A stretch of DNA of 21,641 bases, taken from the NCBI GenBank assembly GCA_038207085.1, contig JBBRAE010000042.1, forward strand, positions 1 through 21,641. The letters are read 5' to 3'. The stretch comes from Armatimonadota bacterium. GTDB lineage: Bacteria > Armatimonadota > UBA5829 > DTLH01. Below the pieces are notes generated by a model. That model was not told the origin of the DNA. It did no database searches and was given only the letters and a program-made list of their open reading frames with translations. The translations under genes and the position numbers were made by a program. This document shows positions 9,160 to 18,007 of this stretch, one piece after another (within the stretch, counting starts at the first letter, position 1; every line of letters starts with the position of its first letter).

Positions 9160-9177
9160 CTATTAGCAATTAGCTTG
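9157..9177. repeat. TAGC-heptamer tandem repeat beginning at the stop codon of SBP1
   Basis: TAGCTAT TAGCAAT TAGCTTG. Confidence 0.6.
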
Positions 9178-9223
9178 GTATTGGCTCAGTTCGCTAAATG
9201 GCTGCCTGATTACGAAATTACAC

Positions 9224-9363
9224 GTAGGGGCGGACCAATGTGTCCGCCCTTCTCGGGCGACAGAGGATATCTGGGTAAGTGCCTCAATCTCTTCTGTCAG
9301 GTATGGCTGAATCTGAGGTTGTAAGTGCTCCGAAAGAGGGCAGGCACATTGGTCTGCCCCTAC
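9224..9363. repeat. Inverted GTAG-REP doublet (REPIN-like)
   Basis: REP at 9224-9250 (+) and variant at 9337-9363 (-), 86-bp spacer. Confidence 0.85.
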
Positions 9364-9457
9364 GGTGTCGCCGATTGTCGTGTTTGCGTGATTAGAGTAG
9401 CTATTGGATCAGGGTCGTGCAGGTTAATTCTAACAGCTCCCAACAAGGAGGATGGAA

Positions 9458-10615
9458 ATGCAAGTCAGAAGGTTTGCTGTCGTAATGATGGCCGTAGTTC
9501 TGCTTTTGGTTTTTGCGGTGGGGACTTTTGCCGCCAAGCCTGCCAAGTCGCCGTACGTGATCGGCGCAATTTTTGATGTCACCGGGCCTGGGTCGCCTCT
9601 TGGGACCCCTGAGCGCGACACTGCGCTTATGATCGAGACTATGGTCAACAAAGAGGGTGGGATCAACGGCCACCCGCTGAAGATCGTCTTTGCCGACAAC
9701 GGAAGCGAAGAAGGCCGGTGTGTTATGTCGGCCAAGAAGATGATCGACTCCGACAAGGTCAAGGCGATCATCGGCCCGAGCTCGACTGGAACGACCCTTG
9801 CGATCGCCGGTATCTGCGACAGATCCAGGGTTCCGTTGGTGTCCTGCGCCGCGGGGACTAGAATCACCAACCCTGTGAAGAGCTACGTCTTCAAGACCGC
9901 GCAGTCAGATGTCTACGCGATCGCGAAAGTTATCGACTACCTGAAGTCCAAGAAGCTGACCCGCATCGCCTTCCTGAACGACTCCAACGCGTTCGGCAAG
10001 AGCGGGCTTGAGCAGATGAACCTCCAGAGCCGCATGGCCGGTATCACGCTCGTTGGCGTTGAGTCTTTCGGCAGCAAGGACCCGAGCATGACAAGCCAGC
10101 TCACACGAATCAGGGGCAAGAAGCCGCAGGCGCTCGTCGTCTGGGGAACCAACCCCGGCCCGGCGATCGTGGTGCGTGAGGCTCGACAGCTTGGGCTCAA
10201 GATGCCTGTAGTGATGAGTCACGGCATCTCCAACAAGAAGTTCCTGGAGCTTGCTGGGTCTGCCGCAAACGGCGTGGTCTTCCCTTCGGGCAGGGTCATC
10301 GTCGCAAACTCGATCCCGAACTCCGACCCTCAGAAGAAGACGCTCCTTCGCTATAAGGCGATCTTCAAGAAGACCTACGGACGCGACGCCGACCATTTCG
10401 GCGGCCACGCCTGGGACGCCTGCTGGGTCGTGATCAACGCGATGAAGAAAGTCGGCGACGACCCTGCAAAGATCAGGGCTGAGATCGAGCGCACCAAGCA
10501 CTTCGTCGGCATCGGCGGCGTCTTCAACTTCTCACCCACCGAGCACAATGGCCTCGGCAAGAACTCGTTCGTGATGATCCAGGTGAAGAATGGCAAGTGG
10601 ACACTTATTAAGTAG
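9458..10615 (+). CDS. Liv/HAAT family ABC substrate-binding protein, copy 2
   Basis: SD AAGGAGG 6 nt before ATG 9458; close paralog of 8011-9159. Confidence 0.9.
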   Translation: MQVRRFAVVMMAVVLLLVFAVGTFAAKPAKSPYVIGAIFDVTGPGSPLGTPERDTALMIETMVNKEGGINGHPLKIVFADNGSEEGRCVMSAKKMIDSDKVKAIIGPSSTGTTLAIAGICDRSRVPLVSCAAGTRITNPVKSYVFKTAQSDVYAIAKVIDYLKSKKLTRIAFLNDSNAFGKSGLEQMNLQSRMAGITLVGVESFGSKDPSMTSQLTRIRGKKPQALVVWGTNPGPAIVVREARQLGLKMPVVMSHGISNKKFLELAGSAANGVVFPSGRVIVANSIPNSDPQKKTLLRYKAIFKKTYGRDADHFGGHAWDACWVVINAMKKVGDDPAKIRAEIERTKHFVGIGGVFNFSPTEHNGLGKNSFVMIQVKNGKWTLIK

Positions 10616-10702
10616 CTTTTAGCTATTAGCTGTTAGCCATTAGCTAGCAGGTGGCTCCCCAAATATGGGTTGCTAACTGCTAAAAGCTAATGGCTAACAG
10701 CT
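10613..10702. repeat. Inverted arrays of TAGC/GCTA heptamers forming a long hairpin
   Basis: Five TAGCnnn units then four GCTAAnn units; perfect 18-bp inverted repeat 10628-10645 / 10685-10702. Confidence 0.85.
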
Positions 10703-10716
10703 TCTTTGGAGTTATC

Positions 10717-11592
10717 GTGCAATTATCTGACTTTTTACAATTTATGTTGTCGGGGATTACGATCGGCAGCATCTATGCGCTGGTGGCGATTGGGTTTACG
10801 ATCATTTATAACTGCACCCAGATCGTCAACTTCGCGCAGGGCGAGTTTGTGATGCTTGGGGCGATGGTCGCGGCGATACTGGTGCATGGCGGGCTGATGT
10901 CTCTGCCACTTGCAATCGTGGTGGCGGTTATCGTGACGAGCCTTGTCGGCTGCCTCGTGGGTGCGGCGCTTCTGAAGCCGCTTCGGACAGGCTCGACGAT
11001 TACCATGATTATCATCACGGTCGGCGCGTCGATTTTGATTCGCGGGGCGATGATGCTTCGGCCTGACAAAGAACCGATCAGGGTCGAGCCGTTCTCAGGC
11101 GAGAGGTCGGTCAATATCCTGGGGGCTGTGCTTGATGTGCAGAGCCTGTGGGTGATGGCGGCGACCGCGGTGCTTGTGGTGCTCCTCTGGCTTTTTTACA
11201 AGTATACGATGATGGGGCGGGCGATGCGTGCCTGCGCTTCGTGCAAACCCGGCGCAAAGATCGTCGGGATCAACATCCACAAGATGACACTTCTCAGCTT
11301 TGCGCTTGCGGCTTCGGTCGGAGCGGTCGCCGGTGTGGTAGTCGCCCCGATCAGCACGGCCCAGTATGACATGGGGACGATGCTCGGGCTGAAGGGCTTC
11401 TGCGCGGCGATCCTCGGAGGGCTTGGCAACTTCACCGGCGGGATCGTCGCGGGGCTTTTGCTCGGCGTACTCGAATCGCTCGGCGCGGGCTATATATCAA
11501 GCTCCTACAAGGACGCGATCGCCTTTGTGATCTTGCTCGTAGTGCTCTTCGCGCGTCCGCAGGGTATCTTCGGCGGAAGGAAGGCGAGGTAG
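10717..11592 (+). CDS. livH: Branched-chain amino acid ABC transporter permease LivH-like
   Basis: GSIYALVAIGFTIIY, NFAQGEF, GRAMRA, KGFCAAILGGLG; GTG 10717 behind GGAG preferred because ATG 10690 lies within the repeat. Confidence 0.9.
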   Translation: MQLSDFLQFMLSGITIGSIYALVAIGFTIIYNCTQIVNFAQGEFVMLGAMVAAILVHGGLMSLPLAIVVAVIVTSLVGCLVGAALLKPLRTGSTITMIIITVGASILIRGAMMLRPDKEPIRVEPFSGERSVNILGAVLDVQSLWVMAATAVLVVLLWLFYKYTMMGRAMRACASCKPGAKIVGINIHKMTLLSFALAASVGAVAGVVVAPISTAQYDMGTMLGLKGFCAAILGGLGNFTGGIVAGLLLGVLESLGAGYISSSYKDAIAFVILLVVLFARPQGIFGGRKAR

Positions 11593-11598
11593 GGCGAG

Positions 11599-13053
11599 AT
11601 GAACATTGATTTGAACACAACTGAAACCAAAAAGGCCGTGCCCGTCGTGCCGAAGCCTGGCCTGCTCTCGCTCGTGCTTCGCCAGGTGCCGTACCTCGCG
11701 CTTGTCGCCGCGATCTTGGCCGTGCCTATGTTCCTGTTCAAGCCAAACGGGCAGGGGACGAACTATGGCCTGACGGTTTTGGTGTACGTCGGTATAAACG
11801 TGATACTTGCGGTCGGCTTGAACCTTCTGATGGGCTACGCGGGCCAGGTGTCGCTTGGTCATGCGGCGTTTTATGGCATTGGGGCCTACGTTTCGGCGAT
11901 TTTGACCGTGCAGTTCAACCAGGAGATATCATACCAGCCGGTTCCCGTCGAGATTATGCCCGCGATTGCGGTCGGGATCGCGATTATGGCGGCTGCCGCG
12001 GCTGTGATCGCGCTATTGAAGCTTGAAGCCGCGCGCCTCGGGCTGGCCGTGGCCGGGTTCGCGACGGCTGCGATACTGCTTCTGAGGACCGGCGCAAAGT
12101 GCCCGGTTTCCTACATCGTCGCGATCATCGCGGTCTTGCTCACGTGGGCGATTTTTAAGGTATCGATCTCCAAGCTGCTTGTGTCTTACACGCTTGGAGC
12201 GGCTGCTGGCGTTGCGACTCATTTATTTCTAAATCATGCCGTGGCGGCGGGCGGGATCACTCCCTGGTGGGCGATGTTTGCCGGAGTCGTCTTCACCTCG
12301 CTTGTCGCGTATCTGATAGGCGTGCAGTCGCTGAGGCTCCACGGCCACTACCTCGCGATGGCGACTATGGGGTTTGGGATCATCGTAACCATCGTCTTCC
12401 GCGAGTGGGGGGCGCTTACCGGCGGGACCTCTGGTATCAGCGGGCTGCCGGCCCTTACAATTATGAAAAAGCCTATCGAGACCGACCTCAGTATGTATTA
12501 TCTAGTCTGGGCGGTCGTGGCTATCGTGATCGTGCTTGCCTCAAACATCGTCAACTCCCGGGTCGGTCGAGCGTTTCGCGCGGTGCACGGAAGCGAGATC
12601 GCAGCCTCGTCGGTCGGGGTGGATGCGAGCCGTTACAAGGTGGAGGTCTTTGTGCTTTCAGCGGCGCTTGCCTCGATCGCGGGGAGCCTTTACGCGCACT
12701 CGACGACCAGGTTCGTCGCCCCTGAATCGTTCGGGATTATGGTGTCGGTCCAGCTTGTGGTGATGGTGGTTGTCGGCGGGATGGCGAGCGTCTGGGGCGC
12801 GATCCTCGGCGCGGGCGCGATCACGGCGCTCGGCGAGTGGCTGCGCTACTTAAACGGTGACGACAGCTCCCGCATCGTGCAGATCGTCCACAAGGTGATG
12901 GGCCCCGAGTTTGTGATTTCCGACCTAGAGATGGTCATCTTTGCCTCGATCCTGATCCTGATTATGATCTACCTGCCGCAGGGACTCGTGCGCGGAGTGG
13001 TGGACAGCGCGAAGATGGCGGTGAGGCTTGCGCGACGAAAGAGTGCGGGGTAG
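11599..13053 (+). CDS. livM: Branched-chain amino acid ABC transporter permease LivM-like, with a large hydrophobic insertion
   Basis: GLNLLMGYAGQVSLGHAAFYGIGAY, LRLHGHYLAMAT, SRVGRAFRAV, PQGL; 484 aa. Confidence 0.88.
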   Translation: MNIDLNTTETKKAVPVVPKPGLLSLVLRQVPYLALVAAILAVPMFLFKPNGQGTNYGLTVLVYVGINVILAVGLNLLMGYAGQVSLGHAAFYGIGAYVSAILTVQFNQEISYQPVPVEIMPAIAVGIAIMAAAAAVIALLKLEAARLGLAVAGFATAAILLLRTGAKCPVSYIVAIIAVLLTWAIFKVSISKLLVSYTLGAAAGVATHLFLNHAVAAGGITPWWAMFAGVVFTSLVAYLIGVQSLRLHGHYLAMATMGFGIIVTIVFREWGALTGGTSGISGLPALTIMKKPIETDLSMYYLVWAVVAIVIVLASNIVNSRVGRAFRAVHGSEIAASSVGVDASRYKVEVFVLSAALASIAGSLYAHSTTRFVAPESFGIMVSVQLVVMVVVGGMASVWGAILGAGAITALGEWLRYLNGDDSSRIVQIVHKVMGPEFVISDLEMVIFASILILIMIYLPQGLVRGVVDSAKMAVRLARRKSAG

Positions 13054-13054
13054 T

Positions 13055-13831
13055 ATGGCAAACCAAGATAATATTCTGGTCGAAATATCGGACGCAACAA
13101 AGATATTCGGTGGGCTGACGGCTGTTGACCACGTGAGTTTCAACATCGCCCACGGGCAGCTGAAGTCGATCATCGGGCCAAACGGGGCTGGGAAAAGCAC
13201 CATGCTAAACCTGCTCACAGGCGTGCTCAAGCTCTCCAAGGGCGAGATCGTCTTCAAGGGGACGCCGATTTCCGGGCTGGAGGCCTATCAGGTCGCCTCG
13301 CTTGGGATGGCCCGCACCTTCCAGAACGTCCAGCTCTTCAACAACATGACCGTGCTCGAAAACGTGATGGTTGGGCGGCATTCGCGCACCAGACAGGGAA
13401 TTCTTTCCTCCGCGCTTCGGATGCCCTGGCAGATCAAGGAAGAACGCGCGATTGTTAAGGATTCGCTCCAAAAGCTTGACATAGTTGGGCTTGTAGACAG
13501 GGCAGGGGACCTATCGGCGAGCCTGCCGTTTGGTCAGCAGAGGCTTCTTGAAGTCGCCCGCGCGCTAGCGAGTGAGCCGAGTATGATACTCCTCGACGAA
13601 CCGGCGTCGGGGCTCAGTTCCCACGAAACAGAGGCGCTTGGTGAACTCTTGAAGAACATCGCAGCCGACGGTGTAACGGTGGTCCTGGTCGACCACGACA
13701 TGCAGTTTGTTATGGAAATATCCGACGAGATTCTCGTGCTCGATCACGGCGAAAGAATCTCCGAAGGCACTCCCGCCGAGGTGCAGGATGACCCCAAAGT
13801 CATTGCGGCGTATCTGGGAGAAGAGGCGTAG
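13055..13831 (+). CDS. livG: ABC ATP-binding protein LivG-like
   Basis: Walker A GPNGAGKST, RTFQN, LLDEPASG, VIAAYLG; ATG 13055 just after the livM stop. Confidence 0.92.
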   Translation: MANQDNILVEISDATKIFGGLTAVDHVSFNIAHGQLKSIIGPNGAGKSTMLNLLTGVLKLSKGEIVFKGTPISGLEAYQVASLGMARTFQNVQLFNNMTVLENVMVGRHSRTRQGILSSALRMPWQIKEERAIVKDSLQKLDIVGLVDRAGDLSASLPFGQQRLLEVARALASEPSMILLDEPASGLSSHETEALGELLKNIAADGVTVVLVDHDMQFVMEISDEILVLDHGERISEGTPAEVQDDPKVIAAYLGEEA

Positions 13832-13849
13832 GGAGCTGTCAGTCGGGGG

Positions 13850-13876
13850 AGGGCGGACACACTGGTCCGCCCCTAC
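13850..13876 (-). repeat. GTAG-type REP between livG and livF
   Basis: One loop mismatch relative to the 5823-5849 copy. Confidence 0.88.
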
Positions 13877-13914
13877 GGGGGACGGCGCGATTCTATTTAT
13901 CAGCTTGAGGCGAA

Positions 13915-14652
13915 ATGCTTAAACTTGCTAGTGTAACAGCCGGATACGGCAGAATAATGGCGCTTCGGGGCGTTTCGCTCCACGTGGACGAGGGCGAGAT
14001 CGTCGCGCTGATCGGTGCGAACGGGGCGGGGAAGACGACGCTTTTGAATACGATTTCAGGAGTGATCGGCGCTCGGTCGGGTGCGGTGCAGTTCTGCGGC
14101 GAGAAGGTCAACGGGAGAACCCCCGAGAAGCTCGTCACGCTTGGAATGAGCCACGTTCCCGAGGGGCGGCAGCTCTTCTCGGACATGACCGTCTATGAGA
14201 ACCTCATTCTTGGGGCCTATCGGCGGCCACGGGCGGGGAAGGCCAGGCAGATGGCCGAAGACCTCGAGCGTGCATACTCGATATTCCCGATACTGAAAGA
14301 CAGAAACTCCCAGCTCGCAGGGACGCTTTCAGGAGGCGAACAGCAGATGCTTGCGATCAGCCGCGCCCTAATGAGCCGACCGAAGCTCTTGTTGCTCGAT
14401 GAGCCATCGATGGGCCTTGCGCCAATCGTCGTGCGCGACATCTTCAAGATCATCGGGACGCTTCACAAACAGGGGACGACGGTCTTGGTCGTCGAACAGA
14501 ACGCCAAAGCCGCTCTCAAGATCGCCAAACGAGGCTATGTGATCGAGACAGGTCGCGTCGTCCTTGAAGGCACCGCACACGAGCTCGAACGCAACCCCGA
14601 GGTCCAGCGCGCGTATCTGGGCAAAGGCTATAAACACATTATCGAAAGCTGA
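13915..14652 (+). CDS. livF: ABC ATP-binding protein LivF-like
   Basis: [38 protein letters not shown]. Confidence 0.92.
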   Translation: MLKLASVTAGYGRIMALRGVSLHVDEGEIVALIGANGAGKTTLLNTISGVIGARSGAVQFCGEKVNGRTPEKLVTLGMSHVPEGRQLFSDMTVYENLILGAYRRPRAGKARQMAEDLERAYSIFPILKDRNSQLAGTLSGGEQQMLAISRALMSRPKLLLLDEPSMGLAPIVVRDIFKIIGTLHKQGTTVLVVEQNAKAALKIAKRGYVIETGRVVLEGTAHELERNPEVQRAYLGKGYKHIIES

Positions 14653-14666
14653 ACAGGAGAATTCGA

Positions 14667-15971
14667 ATGCCTATTTGGAGTAAACGCTGCGAAACGATGG
14701 CCAGGCCGGACCTCGAACAGCTTCAGCTGGAACGGCTGCAGGCCACCGTCAACCGCGCATATAGAAACGTCCGGTTCTACCACAGGCAGTTCGTCGAAGC
14801 GAAACTCGACCCCGAGGATGTGCAGACGATGGATGATATCCGCCGCCTGCCGTTCACGACCAAAGAGGACCTGCGCGCGGCGTATCCCTATGAGATGTTC
14901 AGCGTGCCGCTTCGCGAGATCGTGCGCGTCCACTCGTCGACGGGTACCACGGGGATGGCGACTGTCGTCGGCTACACCCGAAACGATCTTCGCAACTGGT
15001 CCGAGCTCGTCGCACGCGTGATCAGCGCGGGAGGCGTCACCAAGCACGATGTGGTCCAGGTGACGTTCGACTACGGTCTTTTTACCGGCGGCTTCGGGCT
15101 CCATCAGGGCGCGGAGCGGGTCGGGGCATCGGTCATCCCTGTCTCGGCTGGCAACACCCAGCGCCAGATCAGGATCATGCAGGACTATCGCACCACCGTG
15201 CTCGTCGGCACCCCGAGCTACGCGCTGCACATGGCCGAGGTGATGGAGGAGATGGGCGTCGACCCCAAAACCACGCATCTCCGGCTTGGGCTTTTCGGTG
15301 GAGAACCCTTCTCTGAGCGCATGCGCCAGGAGATCGAGGCGCGACTGAACATCCTCGCGACCGACAACTACGGGCTCTCCGAGGTGATGGGGCCGGGGCT
15401 ATCCGGCGAGTGCGAATACACCTGCGGGATGCACATCAATGAGGACCATTTCTTCTGCGAGGTGATCGACCCCGAGACGCTTCGCCCAGTGCCGTTCGGC
15501 GAAGAAGGTGAGCTTGTTGTCACAACGCTCACCCGCGAGGGGATGCCGCTCGTCCGCTACAGAACCCGTGACCTGACCACGCTTGACCCCGAGCCCTGCA
15601 AGTGCGGGCGCACGCTTATGCGAATGGGTCGCGTCCACGGCCGTACCGACGACATGTTCATTGTGCGCGGAGTAAACGTCTTCCCAAGCCAGATTGAGGC
15701 GATACTCTTTGACATCGAAGGCGTTGAGCCGCACTATCAGATCATACTTGATCGAAAAGCGGGGCTCGACGAGATGACGATCCAAGTGGAAATCTCCCGC
15801 GACATATTCACCGATCAGATGAGCCGTCTGGTCGAGCTTGAGTCAAAGATCGTTTCAAAGATTCACTCGGAGGCAGGCGTCACGCCCAAGCTAAAGCTAG
15901 TCGAGCCAAGGACAATTGAGCGCACGCAGGGTGAGAAGACGTCAACAGTGATCGACAACAGGGATTTCTGA
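14667..15971 (+). CDS. paaK: Second phenylacetate-CoA ligase family protein (divergent motifs)
   Basis: [57 protein letters not shown]. Confidence 0.85.
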   Translation: MPIWSKRCETMARPDLEQLQLERLQATVNRAYRNVRFYHRQFVEAKLDPEDVQTMDDIRRLPFTTKEDLRAAYPYEMFSVPLREIVRVHSSTGTTGMATVVGYTRNDLRNWSELVARVISAGGVTKHDVVQVTFDYGLFTGGFGLHQGAERVGASVIPVSAGNTQRQIRIMQDYRTTVLVGTPSYALHMAEVMEEMGVDPKTTHLRLGLFGGEPFSERMRQEIEARLNILATDNYGLSEVMGPGLSGECEYTCGMHINEDHFFCEVIDPETLRPVPFGEEGELVVTTLTREGMPLVRYRTRDLTTLDPEPCKCGRTLMRMGRVHGRTDDMFIVRGVNVFPSQIEAILFDIEGVEPHYQIILDRKAGLDEMTIQVEISRDIFTDQMSRLVELESKIVSKIHSEAGVTPKLKLVEPRTIERTQGEKTSTVIDNRDF

Positions 15972-15991
15972 TCAAATTGGTTGAGTACGTT

Positions 15992-16016
15992 GGTCGGGGG
16001 AATCCGTCCCCCGACC
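15992..16016. terminator. GC-rich hairpin after the paaK-liv cluster (terminator or repeat element)
   Basis: GGTCGGGGGA-ATCCG-TCCCCCGACC, 10-bp stem, no clear U-tract. Confidence 0.4.
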
Positions 16017-16228
16017 CCGTTCCGCGGACTCCATCCGCCAACCCAATCACCGATTATGCCCGATAACTGAGCTGGGGGAAAGATTCCCCGGACGAACGCA
16101 AGGCTAGCAGCCACTACGGAAAGGCGGTGATATGTGCAACTCTGTATAATATAGCCCAGCAAAAGTTGGGCATCGCGTCCGGGGATGGGACGCGTTGGGA
16201 TGCTACAAAGAACTAGGAGGAAAGACAG

Positions 16229-17395
16229 TTGGTAAGAAGAAGTTTTGAACTGCTTGCAGCAGGCGCGCTGCTTGCAGGCCTGGCGTGTGCCGCCACAGCC
16301 GATACCGCGCCGACCACCGTGCAGGTTCACGGCTATCTGCAGAACCGCGCCTATCTCGCTCCGGCGGCAAACCTCGAACTCGTCACCGAGCGCGTCTCGC
16401 TTTCCGCGCTTGCAAACCTGCCGAATGAGAGCATAGCTTACGCCGAGGTCTACTATCATCCGTGGGCCCCGAGCAATGGGCTCTACCTCGAGAGTGGCTA
16501 CTATGATACAGGCATTGGCGATGGCCGCGCACGAGTAGGCAAGGGCCGAAGGCTCGCTTTCGGTATCACCCCGACCTATCCGAACAGAAAAACCAGCAAC
16601 TACGGGATCGTCTCTGAGGCGTTCACCCAGGATAGAATCGTCGGCACGCAGTATGTCTACAAGAAGGACGCGCTCGACACTGCGATCGATCTGCAGATGG
16701 GCTACCGGCTTGGCTATCGCCAGATCGGTTCGATCCCCGGCGACAGCACCCGTAACACCGTAAACAGCGTCCCGCACCTTTCGTTCCGCGACGGCAACTC
16801 CGGCGGCGGCGCTCCGGCTTCCCAGAGCACCCTCCCTGCGGTCTCCGCGAGAGTCGGCGGCAATTGGCAGCAGCTTGGTCTGCGCGCGGGGATCTCGGCC
16901 TACTACAGCGAGCTCGAACCGGGCGACTTCATTGCCCTTACGAGCGGCGCAGGGGCGACCAACCTGCTGACACCGATCAACCCGCTGACTGGCCTCACAC
17001 CGACGAGCGTCCTCGTTCCTGGTGGAACAAGCAAGAAGCAGCAGGTCTGGGGACCTGACTTCATGTATCGCACCAAGAACAACCTGGTACTCCAGGGTGA
17101 GTGGTATGATGCGAGTGTTAGCTCGCTTGACTACAACGGCTGGGAACTCCTCGGTGGCCTCGATGCTCCGAAGGGCTGGAAGTTCTTCGTTCGCTACGGA
17201 AGGCAGAACATGGACACCACACCGACCGACAACCCACTCTCATGGGACGTCAACCAGTGGCAGATTTCCGCCGTCCAGCCGATCCGCAAGGGTCTTTGGC
17301 TGCAGTATGAGTACGAGATCAACGGTGAGAAAACCAACACCGGCGCAGATGTGAAGAACAACCTGTTCTTCGCTGAACTCTTTACCGGGTTCTAA
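16229..17395 (+). CDS. Putative outer-membrane beta-barrel/porin-like protein
   Basis: SD AGGAGG plus TTG; signal peptide ending ATA; amphipathic Tyr/Gly-rich strands; C-terminal LFFAELFTGF ending in Phe; TATAAT at 16145-16150. Confidence 0.7.
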   Translation: MVRRSFELLAAGALLAGLACAATADTAPTTVQVHGYLQNRAYLAPAANLELVTERVSLSALANLPNESIAYAEVYYHPWAPSNGLYLESGYYDTGIGDGRARVGKGRRLAFGITPTYPNRKTSNYGIVSEAFTQDRIVGTQYVYKKDALDTAIDLQMGYRLGYRQIGSIPGDSTRNTVNSVPHLSFRDGNSGGGAPASQSTLPAVSARVGGNWQQLGLRAGISAYYSELEPGDFIALTSGAGATNLLTPINPLTGLTPTSVLVPGGTSKKQQVWGPDFMYRTKNNLVLQGEWYDASVSSLDYNGWELLGGLDAPKGWKFFVRYGRQNMDTTPTDNPLSWDVNQWQISAVQPIRKGLWLQYEYEINGEKTNTGADVKNNLFFAELFTGF

Positions 17396-17401
17396 ACGAA
17401 C

Positions 17402-17432
17402 AAAAGGCCCCGAGCAACCTCGCCCGGGGCCT
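17402..17432. terminator. Intrinsic terminator-like hairpin between convergent genes
   Basis: AAGGCCCCG ... CGGGGCCTT with an A-run on the left (U-tract on the minus strand). Confidence 0.65.
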
Positions 17433-17447
17433 TGATATTGATCTGCT

Positions 17448-17856
17448 TCAACACACTCGGACGAGTAGCCCGGTATTGGTTAGTCCCGTGCCCAGAGGGG
17501 TTCCGAACTCTGCTCCTGCGCCGCCATCGACGTTGCTTAGGTTCAGGACGAGCGGAGTAACCGTGCCACTGCCGACTCTTGTCACTTTGCTCGCAACAAC
17601 GCTTCGCGATGTGCCGTAAGACGTGACCCCTGAGACGTTCACCTTGTCGCCGACCGTCGGCGACGGAGGATCAGATGATTGAAACGGCACGGTCTTTGAC
17701 TCTGCTGAACGGGGTGTCTGCCGGAGGAGTTACGGGATAGGCTTCCGTATCTCCCCAACTGACGATCTCGCCCGAGGCAAACGCGGGCGCACAAGCTGAA
17801 GCAATGGCAAAGGTGAGAAGTGCGCTGAGATACGGTCTTGCGTTAAGACGAAGCAT
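17448..17856 (-). pseudogene. Frameshifted/internally deleted remnant of a secreted multidomain protein
   Basis: 17856-17671: signal peptide ending AFA plus GEIVSWGD (RCC1-like repeat start); 17690-17448 in another frame: OB-fold-like PTVGDKVNVSG...GLTNTGLLVRVC, then a stop. Confidence 0.55.
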
Positions 17857-17937
17857 GAAAATAACCCCCCATTGTGGAAACCGGACACGGCGCCGCCGCT
17901 CAGGAATCTGAGCAGGCTGGCGTACAGTTCCAATGAC

Positions 17938-17966
17938 ATTGTAGCCCGTAAATCGGCTGATGTAAA
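17938..17966 (-). promoter_or_regulatory. Sigma70-type promoter TTTACA-N17-TACAAT
   Basis: Near-consensus hexamers, 17-bp spacer, about 80 nt upstream of ATG 17856. Confidence 0.6.
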
Positions 17967-18007
17967 GCGCTAAATTGGTGATCCGTGGTGCGGTTTGGTG
18001 GCAAATC

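Noticed and set aside
8368..10501. Similar ~200-aa minus-strand ORFs (8368-8970, 9905-10501)
   Set aside because: Shadows of the duplicated SBP genes; their similarity reflects the sense-strand duplication
15972..16228. Known riboswitch or tRNA upstream of the porin-like gene
   Set aside because: Hairpins present but no cobalamin, TPP, SAM, c-di-GMP, T-box or tRNA consensus recognised by eye; an Rfam scan would settle it
15863..16777. 304-aa minus-strand ORF
   Set aside because: Antisense to paaK2 and the porin-like gene, crosses intergenic hairpins, no recognisable motifs
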